Below the pieces are notes generated by a model. That model was not told the origin of the DNA, ran no database searches, and saw only the letters and a program-made list of their open reading frames with translations. This document shows positions 1-12,320 of a stretch of 64,000 nt of DNA, one piece after another (the first letter of the stretch is position 1; every line of letters starts with the position of its first letter). The translations under genes were made by a program, and so were the position numbers. Origin of the DNA: Pristiophorus japonicus. Taxonomy: Eukaryota. The stretch is from positions 21,948,001 to 22,012,000 of the forward strand of contig NC_091989.1 in the NCBI RefSeq assembly GCF_044704955.1, read 5' to 3'.

Positions 1-169
1 GGTAAGAAAAGGAATGAGGAGCCACAGAAACTGGTCCTATCCAACATGTATAATGTACTTGCTACCTGTGAGGCTAAGGATAAAGACGGTCAGAAGAACA
101 GCCAGAATGTGGACCATGGCACTTTGAAGCTGGAGGCTGTCCTAAGGGGGGAGGAGGAGAGGAAGTATA

Positions 170-1171
170 GGGCCCAAGTTTCCACATGAAAAAAAATGGG
201 CGCCCCTCCGAGCTGGGCGCCCGTTTTTCACGCCTAAAACGGCGCCTAAAAAAATAATCGCGATTCTGGAGCGCTTTGCAGCTCCTTGTCTGTTTGGCGC
301 GGTGCCCAGGGGGGCGGAGCCGACACTCGCGCCGATTTTGTAAGTGGGAGGGGGCGGGTACTATTTAAATTAGTTTTTTTTCCTGCCGGCAACGCTGCGC
401 GTGCGCGTTGGAGTGTTCGCGCACGCGCAGTGTGAAAAAAACATTGGCACTCGGCCATTTTTGTAGTTCTTTGTAGCTGTTTAATTTTTGAACATTTTTT
501 AATAAAAGCACATTGCCATCAGCACTGAGGCTTCTTGTAACCTTCTCACTGTCTCCTTCCCCCCCCACCGGGAACGAACGGCTGTTTCCTCCTCCCCCCC
601 CCCTCCCGCTCAGCGGCAACGAACGGCTTTCTCCTCCCACCCCCCCCCTCCCGCTCAGCGGCAACGAACGGCGGCAGAATTCTCCCTGGCTGAAGCACTT
701 TCACACAGGTAGGAAGATGGTTTATTTAATCTTTTCTTTGCTTATAAATGTTTATTCAGGTTGGATTTATTTGTATAATATTTGTAGAAGTATAAATAAG
801 GATTTATTGTAGAATTTAATGAGTTCCCTTCCCCCCCCCTCCCCCCACCCCCACCTCGTTCTGGACGCCTAATTTGTAACCTGCGCCTGATTTTTTAATG
901 TGTAGAACAGGTTTTTTCAGTTCTACAAAAATCTTCACTTGCTCCATTCTAACTTAGTTTGGAGTACGTTTTCACTGTGGAAACTTTGAAATCAGGTGTC
1001 AGTGGCCGGACACGCCCCCTTTTGAAGAAAAAATTCTGTTCCAAAGTAGAACTGTTCTAACTGACTAGAACTGCAGAAAAAAAAATGTGGAGAATTGCGA
1101 TTTCTAAGATAGTCCGTTCTCCACCAGTTGCTCCTAAAAATCAGGCGCAAATCATGTGGAAACTTGGACCC
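170..1171. mobile_element. Harbinger-type non-autonomous DNA transposon (MITE)
   Basis: 20-bp terminal inverted repeat GGGCCCAAGTTTCCACATGA / TCATGTGGAAACTTGGACCC (1 mismatch); flanks ATA/ATT; non-coding; CR1 ORF1 resumes after it; internal ~40-bp tandem repeat at about 560-672. Confidence 0.8.
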
Positions 1172-1575
1172 ATTATGTGGTATTTGTTGGAGATTCTATA
1201 ATTAGGGGGACAGATAGCATCCTTTGTAGCAAGATCGAGAGTCCCACATGCTATGTTGCCTAACTCGTGCCAGGGTAAGGGACATCTTGATCCAGATTGA
1301 AAAGTTATTGGAGAGGGAGGGGGAGGTTCCTGTCGTTGTGGTCTATGTTGGGACCAACAACATAGAGAAGAGTAGGCAAGAGGTCCTGTTTGGGGAGTAC
1401 CCGGAACTAGGAGCTAAATTAAAGACCAGGACCTCAAGGGTTATAATCTTTGGATTATTACCTGAGCCACGTGCAAATTGGCATAGAGATAAGCTGATTA
1501 GGGAAGTAAACACATGGCTAAAGGAGTGGTGTGGGAAAGAGGGGTTCCATTTCATTGGGCACTGGCACCAGTATT

Positions 1576-2188
1576 AGTATTAGGCAGTTCCTCGTATCGA
1601 GGATGTCCCGCTTCCACAACAAAAGGGATGAGGGACCATATATACCAGGTCCCGAACTACATGTTAAAGGGTGGAAGATGCATGTGCATGGATTCTTTTA
1701 ATGTGGGGTGGCCGTTGCACACCAGTCACCACACTGGCTTGACAGAGCTAGGTCTAGGTCTTGGCCAAGGTTAACCAAGACGATTGGAGACCAAGCTCTG
1801 TTGTATGGACCTGCTGCGCACACATACTTCTACTGTCCATAGATCGCAGTGTGGGCTGGCCTGTGCTGTCTCTGGGCTCTCGCTTCTTCCGGGCCCCGAA
1901 CTCTCGGCTCTCCTGGGCCCCGATCACGTCGCTCCTGGGCCCCGATCTCTCTGCCACGATTTTGCGCTGCTCCTCCGCTGCTTGCCGCCTCTCCTGCTAT
2001 TCCTGGGCCGCTCCGATGGTCCTGCCCATGCTCCAATTCGCGACCTGGATTCTGGTGACATTAATCCAGTCGCCCTCCTCGAAGCCATCGCCCTCCTGGG
2101 ACAGCTCGCACTGCTCCCTGCAGGGGCTAGCTCCAGCTCATTTTATCCCCGAACTATGGCGATGGTGTTCCCGCGCAGGTTGGGGGCC
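1576..2188 (-). mobile_element. Non-autonomous RTE-derived retroposon (5' UTR, first endonuclease codons and 3' tail)
   Basis: 11-bp target duplication GC(A/G)CCAGTATT (1565-1575 and 2189-2199); minus-strand end CATCCTCGATACGAGGAACTGCCT plus (AATACT)n; remnant M*FGTW resembling the RTE endonuclease start MKFGTWNV. Confidence 0.7.
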
Positions 2189-2799
2189 GCGCCAGTATTG
2201 GGACAGAAAGGAACTGTGCCGTTGGGACGGGCTCCACCTGAACCGGTCTGGGATAAACAGGGTGGTCACAAGGACATTGGGGTGGGGGGAGGTCTTAGGG
2301 GGAAATTGCAGTACAAATAGTAGTTCAAAAACAAATGAAAGGGAAGAGAGCAGAGTAGCAGTCAGAAATTGTGCTTTAGGCAATACATATAAAGGGAAAA
2401 CTAAAAGATGTGAAGCAATTAAACCAGAAGAGAGAAATAAGAAACATGTGAGTAAAACATCAGAGCTGAAGGACAGTCTAGGGTGTGTGGCCCAAATAAG
2501 CATTCTTTATACAAACACATGGAGTATAAGGAATAAATTGAATAAACTGCAGGCACAAATTCAAATTGTGAGGGTATGACATGGTATCCATTACTGAGAC
2601 ATGGCTGCAGGACAGTCTCAACTGGGAACTAAATATACCACGTTATAAGGTCTGCAGGAAACACAGGAAAAATGGCAGTGGGGAGGAGTAGCCTTAGATA
2701 TTCAGGATGAAATCACTTCAGTGGAGACTTTATGGGTTGAATTGAGAAATAGGAAAGGATCTTAGACTGTAGTGGGAGTTGTGTATAGGCCCCCTGGTC

Positions 2800-3405
2800 T
2801 ATTGGGAGTGTTGTTGGAGCTGCACTCATCCAGACAAGTGGAGAATATTCCATCACACCTCCTGACTTGTGCCTTGTAGATGTGGGAAAGGCTTTGGGGA
2901 GTCAAAAGATGAGAAACTCTCCGCAGGATATTCGGCATCTGACCCACTATTGTAGCCATAGTATCCATGTGGGTGGTCCAGTTAAATTTCTGGTCAATGG
3001 TGACCCCCTGGATATTGATGGTGGGGGATTCAGCGATGATAATGTAGTTGAATGTCAAGGGGCGGTGGTCAGATTCTCGCTTGTTGGAGATAGTCATTGC
3101 CTGGCACTTATTTGGTGCAAATGTTACTTGCCACTTATCAGCCCAAGCCTGAATGTCGTCCAGGTTTTGCTGTATGCGGGCATGGACTGCTTCATTATCT
3201 GAGGAGTTGCGAATGGCACTGAACACTGCAATCATCAGTGAACATCCCCACTTCTGACCTTATGATGGAGGGAAGGTCATTCATGAAGCAGCTAAAGGTG
3301 TTTGGGCCGAGGACACTGCCCTGAGGAACTCCTGCAGCAATGTCCTGGAACTGTGATGATTGAACTCCAACCACCACAACCATCTTCCTTTGTGCTAGGT
3401 ATAAC
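2800..3405 (-). mobile_element. LINE fragment, reverse transcriptase region (CR1/L2-group, WADKWQVTFAP family)
   Basis: AGVPQGSVLGP, F.DD, DIQAWADKWQVTFAPNKCQ, YKAQVR; continues at 11776-12017 on the other side of a CR1 insertion. Confidence 0.8.
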
Positions 3406-3607
3406 TAGAGGGATGGCAGTGCAGCTCAGTCCCATGGAGTGCACATCGTGCGACATGTGGGAAGTCCTGGACGCTTCGCACAACCACCTAGACAACCACG
3501 TGTGCAGGAGGTGTCTCCAGCTTCAACTACTCGAGCTCCGCATTTCGGAGCTCGAGCAGCGGGTGGAGTCAATACAGTGCATCCGCGAGGCTGAGAGCTA
3601 TGTGGAT

Positions 3608-6600
3608 TATTGTGTTCCTAACACAGATGAGACTGCACACAGGGAGTTTAAAGTAACAGTGACCTCAGTCTTTATTAAGACACTCCAGAGTGAGGAACAG
3701 GCCTTAGGGGCTGGCTTATATACAGCGCTCCCAAAGAATGCTGGGATCCCTTGGGACTTCAGGGGATGCGCTCCCTGGTGGCGGAACATGGGAGTGCATG
3801 CTTTACAGATACACAACATCACTCCCGCGCAAAGTCAAAGTGAAAATTATTTACAAGGTGAGGCGGTCGGGAACCTTTCTTTCCCTGGTGGACTGCCTCG
3901 GTACAAATGTCTGTTCTGGTGTGTTGGCTGTGCCTTCGCTGGGCTGGCGTATTGTTGTCCCTACACGGCTGCTGGGTAAGCCTGGCCTTGCTGGGCTGTT
4001 GGGCATGATGGGTTCGATTTCCTGGTGGGGTGGTGTCGTTGATTCTATGGGTGTGCGATGTGGGCTCGAAAAAGGTGGTGTCTGCTGTGGGTTGTTCAGG
4101 GCAGTCTGTGAACCGCAGCCTCATTTGGTCCAGTTGCTTTCTGCAAATTTGTCCATTGTCTAGTTTGACTACAAACACCCTAGTCCCTTCTTTAGCTATC
4201 ACCGTGCCCGCGAGCCACTTGGGACCATGTCCATAGTTTAGCACATACACAGGGTCATTCAGATCAATTTCCCGTGACACAGTGGCGCGACCATCGTTTA
4301 CATTTTGTTGCTGCCACCTGCTCTCTACCTGATCATGCAGGTTGGGGTGAACCAACAAGAGTCTGGTTTTAAGTGTTCTTTTCATGAATAGCTCAGCCGG
4401 GGGCACCCCTGTGAGCGAGTGTGGTCTCGTGCGGTAGCTGAGCAGTACTCGGGACAGGCGGGTTTGAAGTGAGCCTTCTGTGACTCGTTTAAGGCTCTGT
4501 TTGATTGTTTGTACTGCCTGCTCTGCCTGCGCATTGGAGGCTGGTTTAAACGGGGCCGAGGTGACATATTTGATCCCATTGCGGGTCATGAATTCTTTAA
4601 ATTCGGCACTGGTGAAACATGGCCTGTTGTCACTTACCAGTATGTCAGGCAGGCCGTGGGTGGCAAACATGGCCCTCAGGCTTTCAATGGTGGCGGTGGC
4701 GGTGCTTCCCAACATTATTTCACATTCAATCCATTTTGAAAAAGCATCCACCACCATCAGGAACATTTTACCGAGAAACGGGCCCACATAGTCGACATGG
4801 ATCCTTGACCATGGTCTGGAGGGCCAGGACCACAAGCTTAATGGTGCCTCTCTGGGCGAGTTGCTTAACTGAGCACACACGCTGCATTGCCGTACACAGG
4901 ACTCTAAGTCAGAGTCGATTCCGGGCCACCACACGTGGGATCTGGCTATCGCTTTCATCATTACTATACCCGGGTGTGTGCTGTGGAGATCCGAGATGAA
5001 CGTCTCCCTGCCCTTTTTGGGTAGCACTACGTGGTTACCCCACAACAGACAGTCTGCCTGAATGGACAGCTTATCCTTTCGCCGCTGGAACGGCTTGATT
5101 AGCTTTTGCATTTCAATGGGATGTTGGCCCAGCTCCCATGCAGTACATAGTTTTTTACTAGGGACAGCAGAGGATCTTGGCTGGTCCAAGTCCTAATCTG
5201 GCGGGCTGTGACAGGTGATTTATCATTTTCCATTGCTTCCATGACCATCCACAAGTCTGTAGGCTGCGCCACCATCAACAAGTTTGCAGACTGCGCCATT
5301 TCCACCACCGTGGTGGGCAATGGTAGCCAACTGAGAGCATCCGCACAGTTCTCGGTGCCTGGCCTGTGGTGGATGGTGTAGTTATAAGCTGATAGCGCGA
5401 GTGCCCACCTTTGTATACTGGCTGAGGCATTAGTATTTATCCCCTTGTTTTCAGGGAACAGGGAAATGAGGGACTTGTGATCGGTTTCCAGCTCAAATTT
5501 GAGGCCAACAGGTACTGATGCATTTTCTTTACCCCGAACACACATGCTAATGCCTCTTTCTCAATCATGCTGTAGGTCCTCTCGGCCTTAGACAAGCTCC
5601 TGGAGGCATAGGCGACAGGTTGCAACTTCCCCGCAACATTAGCTTGTTGTAATACACACCCGACTCCGTACGACGACGCATCACATGCTAGCACAAGTCT
5701 TTTACACGGGTTATACAATACAAGCAGCTTGTTGGAGCTTAAAATGTTTCTGGCTTTCTCAAAAGCAATTACTTGGTTTTTTCCCCATACCCAGTTCTCA
5801 CCTTTGCGCAATAACACATGTAGGGGCTCTAGGAGGGTGCTTAACCCCAGTAGGAAGTTACCAAAATAGTTGAGGAGTCTCAGGAATGACCGCAGCTCCG
5901 TGACGTTCTGTGGCCTGGGCGCGTTCCCGATAGCCTCTGTCTTGGCGTCTGTGGGCCGAATGCCGTCCGCCGTGATCTTTCTCCCCAAAAACTCTACTTT
6001 TGTTGCCATGAAGACGCATTTCGACCTCTTCAGCTGCAGCCCTACGCGATCCAGTTACTGGAGGACCTCCTCCAGGTTTTGTAGGTGCTCAATGGTGTCC
6101 CGACCTGTGACCAATATGTCGTCCTGAAAAACCACTGTGCGTGGTACCGACTTGAGTAGGCTCTCCATGTTTCTCTGGAAGATTGCTACAGCCGACCGAA
6201 TTCCAAACTGGCATCTGTTATAGATGAACAGTCCCTTGTCCGTGTTGATGCAGGTAAGGCCCTTCGAAGACTCCTCCAGCTCCTGCATCATGTCGGCCAA
6301 AGTCAGGTCGAACTTGTTGAACGTCTTGCCTGCTGCCAGTGTCGCAAATCGGTCATCTGCCTTAGGTAGCGGTTATTGGTCCTGTTGCGAGAAACGATTA
6401 ATAGTTGCTTTATAATCGCTGCAAATCCTGACTGTGCCATCACTTTTGAGTACTGGAACAATTGGGCTGGCCACTCGCTGAATTCCACTGGGGCGACGAT
6501 GCCCTCGTGTTGCAGCCTGTCCAGATCGATTTCCACTCTCTCCCTCTTCATGTGAGGTACCGCTCGCGCCTTGTGGTGAATGGGTCATGCCTCTGGGACC

Positions 6601-8169
6601 AAGTGGATCCGCACCTTTGCCCCGAAAAAGTTTCCAATGCCTGGCTCAAAAAGGGAAGGAAATTTGTTCAGAACCTGGGTACATGAGGCCTTATTGACAT
6701 GTGATAGTGCTCGGATGTCATCCCAGTTCCAGCGGATTTTGCCTAGCCAGCTCCTTCCAAGCATTGTGGGGCCATCGCCTGGGACAATCCAGAGTGGCAG
6801 TTCGTGCACTGTTCCCTCGTAGGTGACCACGGCACTGCCCAGGACAGTGATAGGTTCTTTGGTGTACGTTCTCAGTTTCGTGTGGATGGGGCTCAGGGCT
6901 GGTCTGAGTGCCTTGTTGCACCACAGTCTCTCAAACATCTTTTTACTCATGATGGATTGGCTAGCGCCAGTGTCCAGTTCCATGGCTACGGGTATGCCAT
7001 TCAATTTTACATTTAGCATTATAGGTGGACATTTTGTCGAAAACGTATGCACCCCGTGTACTTCAGCATCTGCCTCCTCTCTCTGAGGCTTGAAATTGCT
7101 TTGATCCACCATGGACCAATCTTCCTCTGCCACATGGTGGTTAACAGGTTTTGCAGAGCTTGCAGCTCATCTGCAAGCCTGTTGGAGGTGCCCCATTGTT
7201 CCACAGCTCTTGCAAACATACCCTTTGAAGCGGCATGAATAGGCTGAATGGAAGCCTCCACAATGTCAACAAGGTGTGAATTGCCTTGTATTCATCCTTT
7301 GTTGTGGACTCTGAGTCATCTGGGTCACCGGAGGCCTGCTGGCAGTTGCAGACTCATGGTTTCTGCCCTGTACATTTCTGCTCGCAAACACAGTTCCAGT
7401 TAATTTATGAACATTGCTAGCACTTGTGTGCTGAGAGATTTGTTTGGTGTTATTACTAGTGGACATAAATGCCTGTGCTATCGCAATGGCCTTACTGAGG
7501 GTTGGTGTCTCTACAGTCAAATGTTTTCTTGGGATGGTCTCGTGGCCAATGCCCAGCACAAAAAAGTCTCTGAGCATTTGCCCCAGGTAGCCATCAAACT
7601 CACATTGTCCTGCAAGTCGCCTTAGCTCGGCAACATAGCTCGCCACTTCCTGACCTTCAGATCGCTGGTACGTGTAGAACCGATACTTCGCCATCAGCAC
7701 GGTCTCCCTCGGGTTAAGATGCTCCCGAACCTGTGTACACAGCTCCTCATATGACGTATTTGTGGGTTTCACCAGAGCCAAAAGATTCTTCGTGAGGCTG
7801 TAGGTCGGTGCCCCGCAGACCATGAGGAGGACCACTCTCCTTTTTGCAGCGCTTCCTTCTCCGTCCAGCATGTTGGCTACAAAGTACTGGTCTCGCCATT
7901 CGACATAGGCTTCTCAGTCCTCATCCTCCAAGAACTTCTCCAGGATGCCCACAGTTTGCTGCATCTTTGTGTTGGATTCGTGTACTCATCACCAGTTATT
8001 GTGTTCCTAACACAGATGAGACTGCATATAGGGAGGTTAAAGTAACAGTGACCTCAGTCTTTATTAAGACACTCCAGAGTGAGGAACTGGCTTATATACA
8101 ATGCTCCCAAGGGATGCTGGGATCCCTGGTGGCGGAACATGCGAGTGCATGCTTTACAGATACACAACA
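3608..8169 (-). mobile_element. Gypsy-1 LTR retrotransposon (Mag-like), full length, decayed
   Basis: LTRs 3608-3818 and 7997-8169; decayed primer-binding site TGGTGATGAG; polypurine tract by 3819; gag, protease (LDTGAS), RT (FQDD), RNase H and integrase (HSTHPG, HVDY, SDN) split by frameshifts; only GAT is duplicated at the flanks. Confidence 0.95.
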
Positions 8170-9742
8170 GATAGCACGTTTCAGGAGGTGGTCACCCCGC
8201 AGCTTAAAGGTGTGCAGGCAGAGGGGAAGTGGGTGACCACCAGACGTAGTAAGTGTGCTAGGCAGGTAGCGCAGGAGTCCCCCTGTGAGTCCATCTCGCT
8301 TTCAAACCAATATTCACTTCTGAGTATTGGTAAGGATGATGGTGCCTCTGAGGAGTGCAGCTGAGCCAATTCCAAGGCACCACGGGAGGCTCAGCTGCAT
8401 AGAGGGGAGGGACGAAGAATAAAAGAGCCCTAGTGTTAGAAGATTCTATAATTAGGGGAACAGACAGGCGTTTCTGCGGCCGTAGACCTGACACCCGACT
8501 GGTTTTGTGCCTCCCTGGTGCCAGGGTCAAGGATGTCACAGAGCAGACACCGGGCATCCTGGGGGATGGGGGAGGGTAAACAACTAGAGATCGTGGTCCA
8601 TATCGGGACCAACGACATAGGTAAAATAAAGGATGAGGTCCTACAGGAAGAATTCAAGGAGCTCGGAAGAAAATTAAAGGGTAGGACCTCAAAGGTAGTA
8701 ATCTCCGGGTTACTACCGGTGCCACATGCTAATGAGTATAAGAATAGAAGGTTAGAGAGGATGAACACATGGCTGAAAAGTTGGTGTAGGAGGGAGGGCT
8801 TTAAATTCTTGAGGCATTGGGACCGCTTCTGGGGGAGATGGGCACTGTACAAACAGGACGGGTTGCATCTAACCAGCGCCGGGACCATAGCCTTGCGGGG
8901 AGTTTTGCTAGTGTTGTTGGGGAGAGTTTAAACTAGCTTGGCAGTGGGGTGAGAACCTAAGAATGAATTCAAAAGGGAAGGAAGTAAAGCAGAAATTGGA
9001 CAGCAGAAATCTAGAAAGCGAATCTGTAAGACAGAGGAAACAGGGCTTAGTAGTCAGCAAGGAGGTCTTCCTGTGCTGAATGGTATATACTTTAATGCAA
9101 GGAGTATAGTGAATAAAGCGGATGAGTTAAGAGCACAGGTAGACACTTGGGAGCATGACATTATAGCCATTACAGAAACATGGATGAAAGAGGGGCAGGT
9201 TTGGCAGAACAATATTCCTGGTTACAGGATTTTTAGACAAGATAGAGAGGGGGGTAAAAAGTGGGGCGGGGTTGTGGTACTGATTAAAGAAAATATTACA
9301 GCGGTGAGGAGGGATGATATGTTAGCGGGATCATCAAATGAGGCCATATGGGTCGAATTGATAAATTAAAAAAAGGGCAATCACACTGCTGGGTGTGTAT
9401 TATAGACTCCCAAACAGTGGGAGGGAGATAGAGGAGCAAATATGTTGGCAAATTGTTCAAAAACCATAAGGTAGTAATAGTAGCGGATTTTAACTATCCA
9501 AATATTGATTGGAACAAATTTAGTGTGAAGGGTATAGAGGGTGCGGAATTCTTGAAATGCATTCAAGAGAACGTTTTTAGTTAGTATGTAGCAAGCCCAA
9601 CACAAAAGGGGGCGGTCTTGGATATAGTTTTGGGGAATGAAGCTGGGCAGGTTGAAGGGGTATTAGTGGGCGAGCACTTGGATGCCAGTGACCATAATTC
9701 AGTCAGATTCAAGTTGGTTATGGATAAGGACAAGGGTAGGCC

Positions 9743-11032
9743 TTGAATAAAATAGCTAATGTAGTACCCTTGTTTAAGAAGAGAGAAAGAGATAGGCCGA
9801 GTAATTACAGGCCTGTCAGCCTAACCTCAGTGGTGGGAAAATTATTGGAAAAAATCCTAAAAGACAGGCTAAATCTACATTTGGAAAGGCAAGGATTAAT
9901 TAGGGACAGTCAGCATGGACTTGTTAAGGGAAGATCGTGTTTGACTAAGCTGATTAAATTTTTTGAGGAGGTAACCAAGGTGGTCGATGAGGGTAGTGTG
10001 TACGATGTAGTATATATGGACTTTAGTAAGGCTTTTGATAAGGTCCCACATGGTAGACTGGTCATGAAGGTTAAAGCCCATAGGATCCAGGGCAAAGTGG
10101 CAAGTTGGATCCAAAATTGGCTTGGAGGTAGGAAGCAAAGAGTAATGATTGATGGACGTTTTTGTGACTGGAAGGATGTTTCCAGTGGGGTTCCGCAGGG
10201 TTCAGTATTGGGTCCCTTGCTTTTTGTGGCATATATCAACGATTTAGATTTGAATATAGGGAATATGATTAAGAAGTTTGCAGACGACACTAAAATTGGC
10301 TGTGTGGTTGATAATGAAGAGGAAAGTCATGGGTTGCAGGAGGCTATCACTCTACTGGTCAGGTGGGCAGAGCAGTGGCAAATGGAATTTAATTCAGAGA
10401 CGTCTGAGGTGATGCACTTTGGGAGGGCTAATAAGGAAAGGGTATACACATTAAGCAGTAGGCCACTTAATAGTGTAGAGGAACAAAGGGACCTTGGAGT
10501 GCTTGTCCACAGATCCCTGAAAGTAGCAGCCAGGTGGGTTAAGAAGGCATACGGAACGCTTACCTTTATTGGCCGAGGCATAGAATATAAGAGCAGGGAG
10601 GTAATGCTTAAATTGTATAATACTTTGGTTTGGTCACAACTGGAATACTGCGTGCAGTTCTGGTCACCGTATTATAGGAAGGATGTGATTGTACTAGAGA
10701 GGGTGCAAAGGAGATTTACTAGGATGCTGCCTGGAATGGAGAATATTAGTTATGAAGACAGATTGGATAGGCTGGGTTTGTTCTCATTGGAACAGAGGAG
10801 GTTGAGAGGAGACCTAATTGAGGTGTACAAAATATTGAGAGGCCTGGACATAGTGGATAGTAAGGGTCTATTTCCATTGGTAGAGGGATCTATTATGAGG
10901 GGCCATAGTTTTAAGGTGGTTAGTGGAAGATTTAGAGGGGATTTGACGGGGCTTCTTTATGCAGAGGGTTGTGGGGATCTGGAACTCGCTGCCTGGAAGA
11001 GTGGTGGATGCAGAAACCCTCACCACTTTTAA
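9743..11032 (+). pseudogene. CR1 ORF2 reverse transcriptase remnant
   Basis: [39 protein letters not shown]. Confidence 0.9.
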
Positions 11033-11078
11033 GAGATGGCTGGATGGGCACTTAAAGTGCCGTAACCTGCAGGGTTAC

Positions 11079-11325
11079 TGTCATGATCTTACATTATTAT
11101 ATATAACTGTATTCTAACATGCTATACATGACTGTAATAAGATATGACCTGTAACCACAAGCATACCTTACCACCAGGGGTGTACTTGCAAGATACAGGT
11201 ATATAAGAGCAGGTCTCAGGCAAGTGCAGCATTCCAGAGCTGCGAAATAAAGGTGCAGGTCCAGAGTGACCTTGACTTCACTACATGCCTCGTGTGAATC
11301 TGTACTGAGGGGACAGGACTTTACA
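11079..11325 (+). mobile_element. Solo LTR (Gypsy-type)
   Basis: TG...CA ends, 5-bp target duplication GTTAC, TATATAA and AATAAA in order; absent from the paralogous CR1 copy near 63410. Confidence 0.9.
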
Positions 11326-11775
11326 GTTACGGACTTAAAGCTGGTAATTGGGATTAGACTGGATGACCTTTTGTTGGACGGAGCAGATATAATGGTAAGT
11401 ACTGCAGGGAATAGAATACGACCAGCGTGATCTCCTGGACTAGTTTCGATCGCCTGGATGGGTCGGAGAGGAATTTTCCCAGATTTTTTCTCCCTAAATT
11501 TACCTGGGTTTTTATCTGGTTTTTGCCTCTCCCAGGAGATCACATGGCTCCGGTTGGGGTGGAGTGTAGAATGTTTCCATATAAGGTGTGTCATAGTTTG
11601 GTGAGGCAGACTGGTTGGGCTGGGTGCTCTTTGCCTTTCCGTCATTGTTCATAGGTTTATATGTAACCTTTAGGGTTGCTGACCAAGGGCCATGCGACTC
11701 TTTGTCGGCCGGCGTGGACACAATGGGCTGAAATGGCCTCCTTCTGCGCTGTAAATTTCTATGTTTCTATGTTTG

Positions 11776-12017
11776 AATCCAGCCAATGGAGAGTTTTTCC
11801 CCTGACTCCCATTGACTTCAGTTTTACTAGGGCACCTTGATGCCACACTCGATCAAATACTGCCTTGATGTCAAGGGCAGTTACTCTCACCTCACCTCTG
11901 GAATTCAGCTCTTTTGGACAAAGGCTGCCATGAGATCTGGAGCCGAGTGTTCCTGGAGGAATCCAAACTAAGCATCAGTGAGCAGGCTATTGGTGAGCAA
12001 GTGCTGCCTGATAGCAC
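11776..12017 (-). mobile_element. Continuation of the LINE at 2800-3405
   Basis: Sequence joins across the CR1-A insertion (TGCTAGGTATAACT | CCAGCCAATGGAGAG). Confidence 0.7.
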
Positions 12018-12320
12018 CATAGAATAGGGTAATTTCTAAATGATGAAAAGCTAAAAACAGTGAATGTCCAAAGACACTTGGGGGTTCAGACACACAGATC
12101 ATTAAAATGTCATGAACAGGTATAGAAAATAATCAAAAAGGCTAATGGAATGCTGACCTTTATATCTAGAGGATTAGAATAGAAGTGGGTAGAAGTTTTG
12201 CTGCAGCTGTACAAAACCCTGGTTAGACCACACCTGGAGTACTGTGAGCAGTTTTGGAAGGATATATTGGCCTTGGAGGGAGTGCAGCGTAGGTTTACCA
12301 GAATGATACCCGGACTCCAA

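Larger units (their letters stand above)
1..2800 (+). mobile_element. Old CR1 LINE, ORF1 (SGNH esterase-like) and start of ORF2 endonuclease; interrupted by a MITE and an RTE derivative
   Basis: ORF1 motifs LVLSNMYNVL, VGDSI, VVVYVGTNNI, WDGLHLN; ORF2 motifs LYTNTWSIRNK, TETWLQ, GVVYRPP; stops and frameshifts present. Confidence 0.85.
3406..11775 (+). mobile_element. CR1 LINE subfamily A, copy 1 (ORF1, internally deleted ORF2, long 3' UTR); contains Gypsy-1 and a solo LTR
   Basis: ORF1 from ATG 3413 (CTSCDMWE...CRRC...LLELR, later HIGTNDIG, DGLHL); ORF2 FNARS, GVPQGSVLGP, FADD; deletion near 9743; (TTTCTATG)n tail. Confidence 0.92.

Noticed and set aside
1761-2579. 272-aa ORF as a novel protein
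   Set aside because: Chance read-through from the antisense GC-rich RTE derivative into CR1 ORF1
3302-3979. 225-aa ORF
   Set aside because: A chimera of antisense LINE, the CR1 ORF1 N-terminus and an antisense Gypsy LTR
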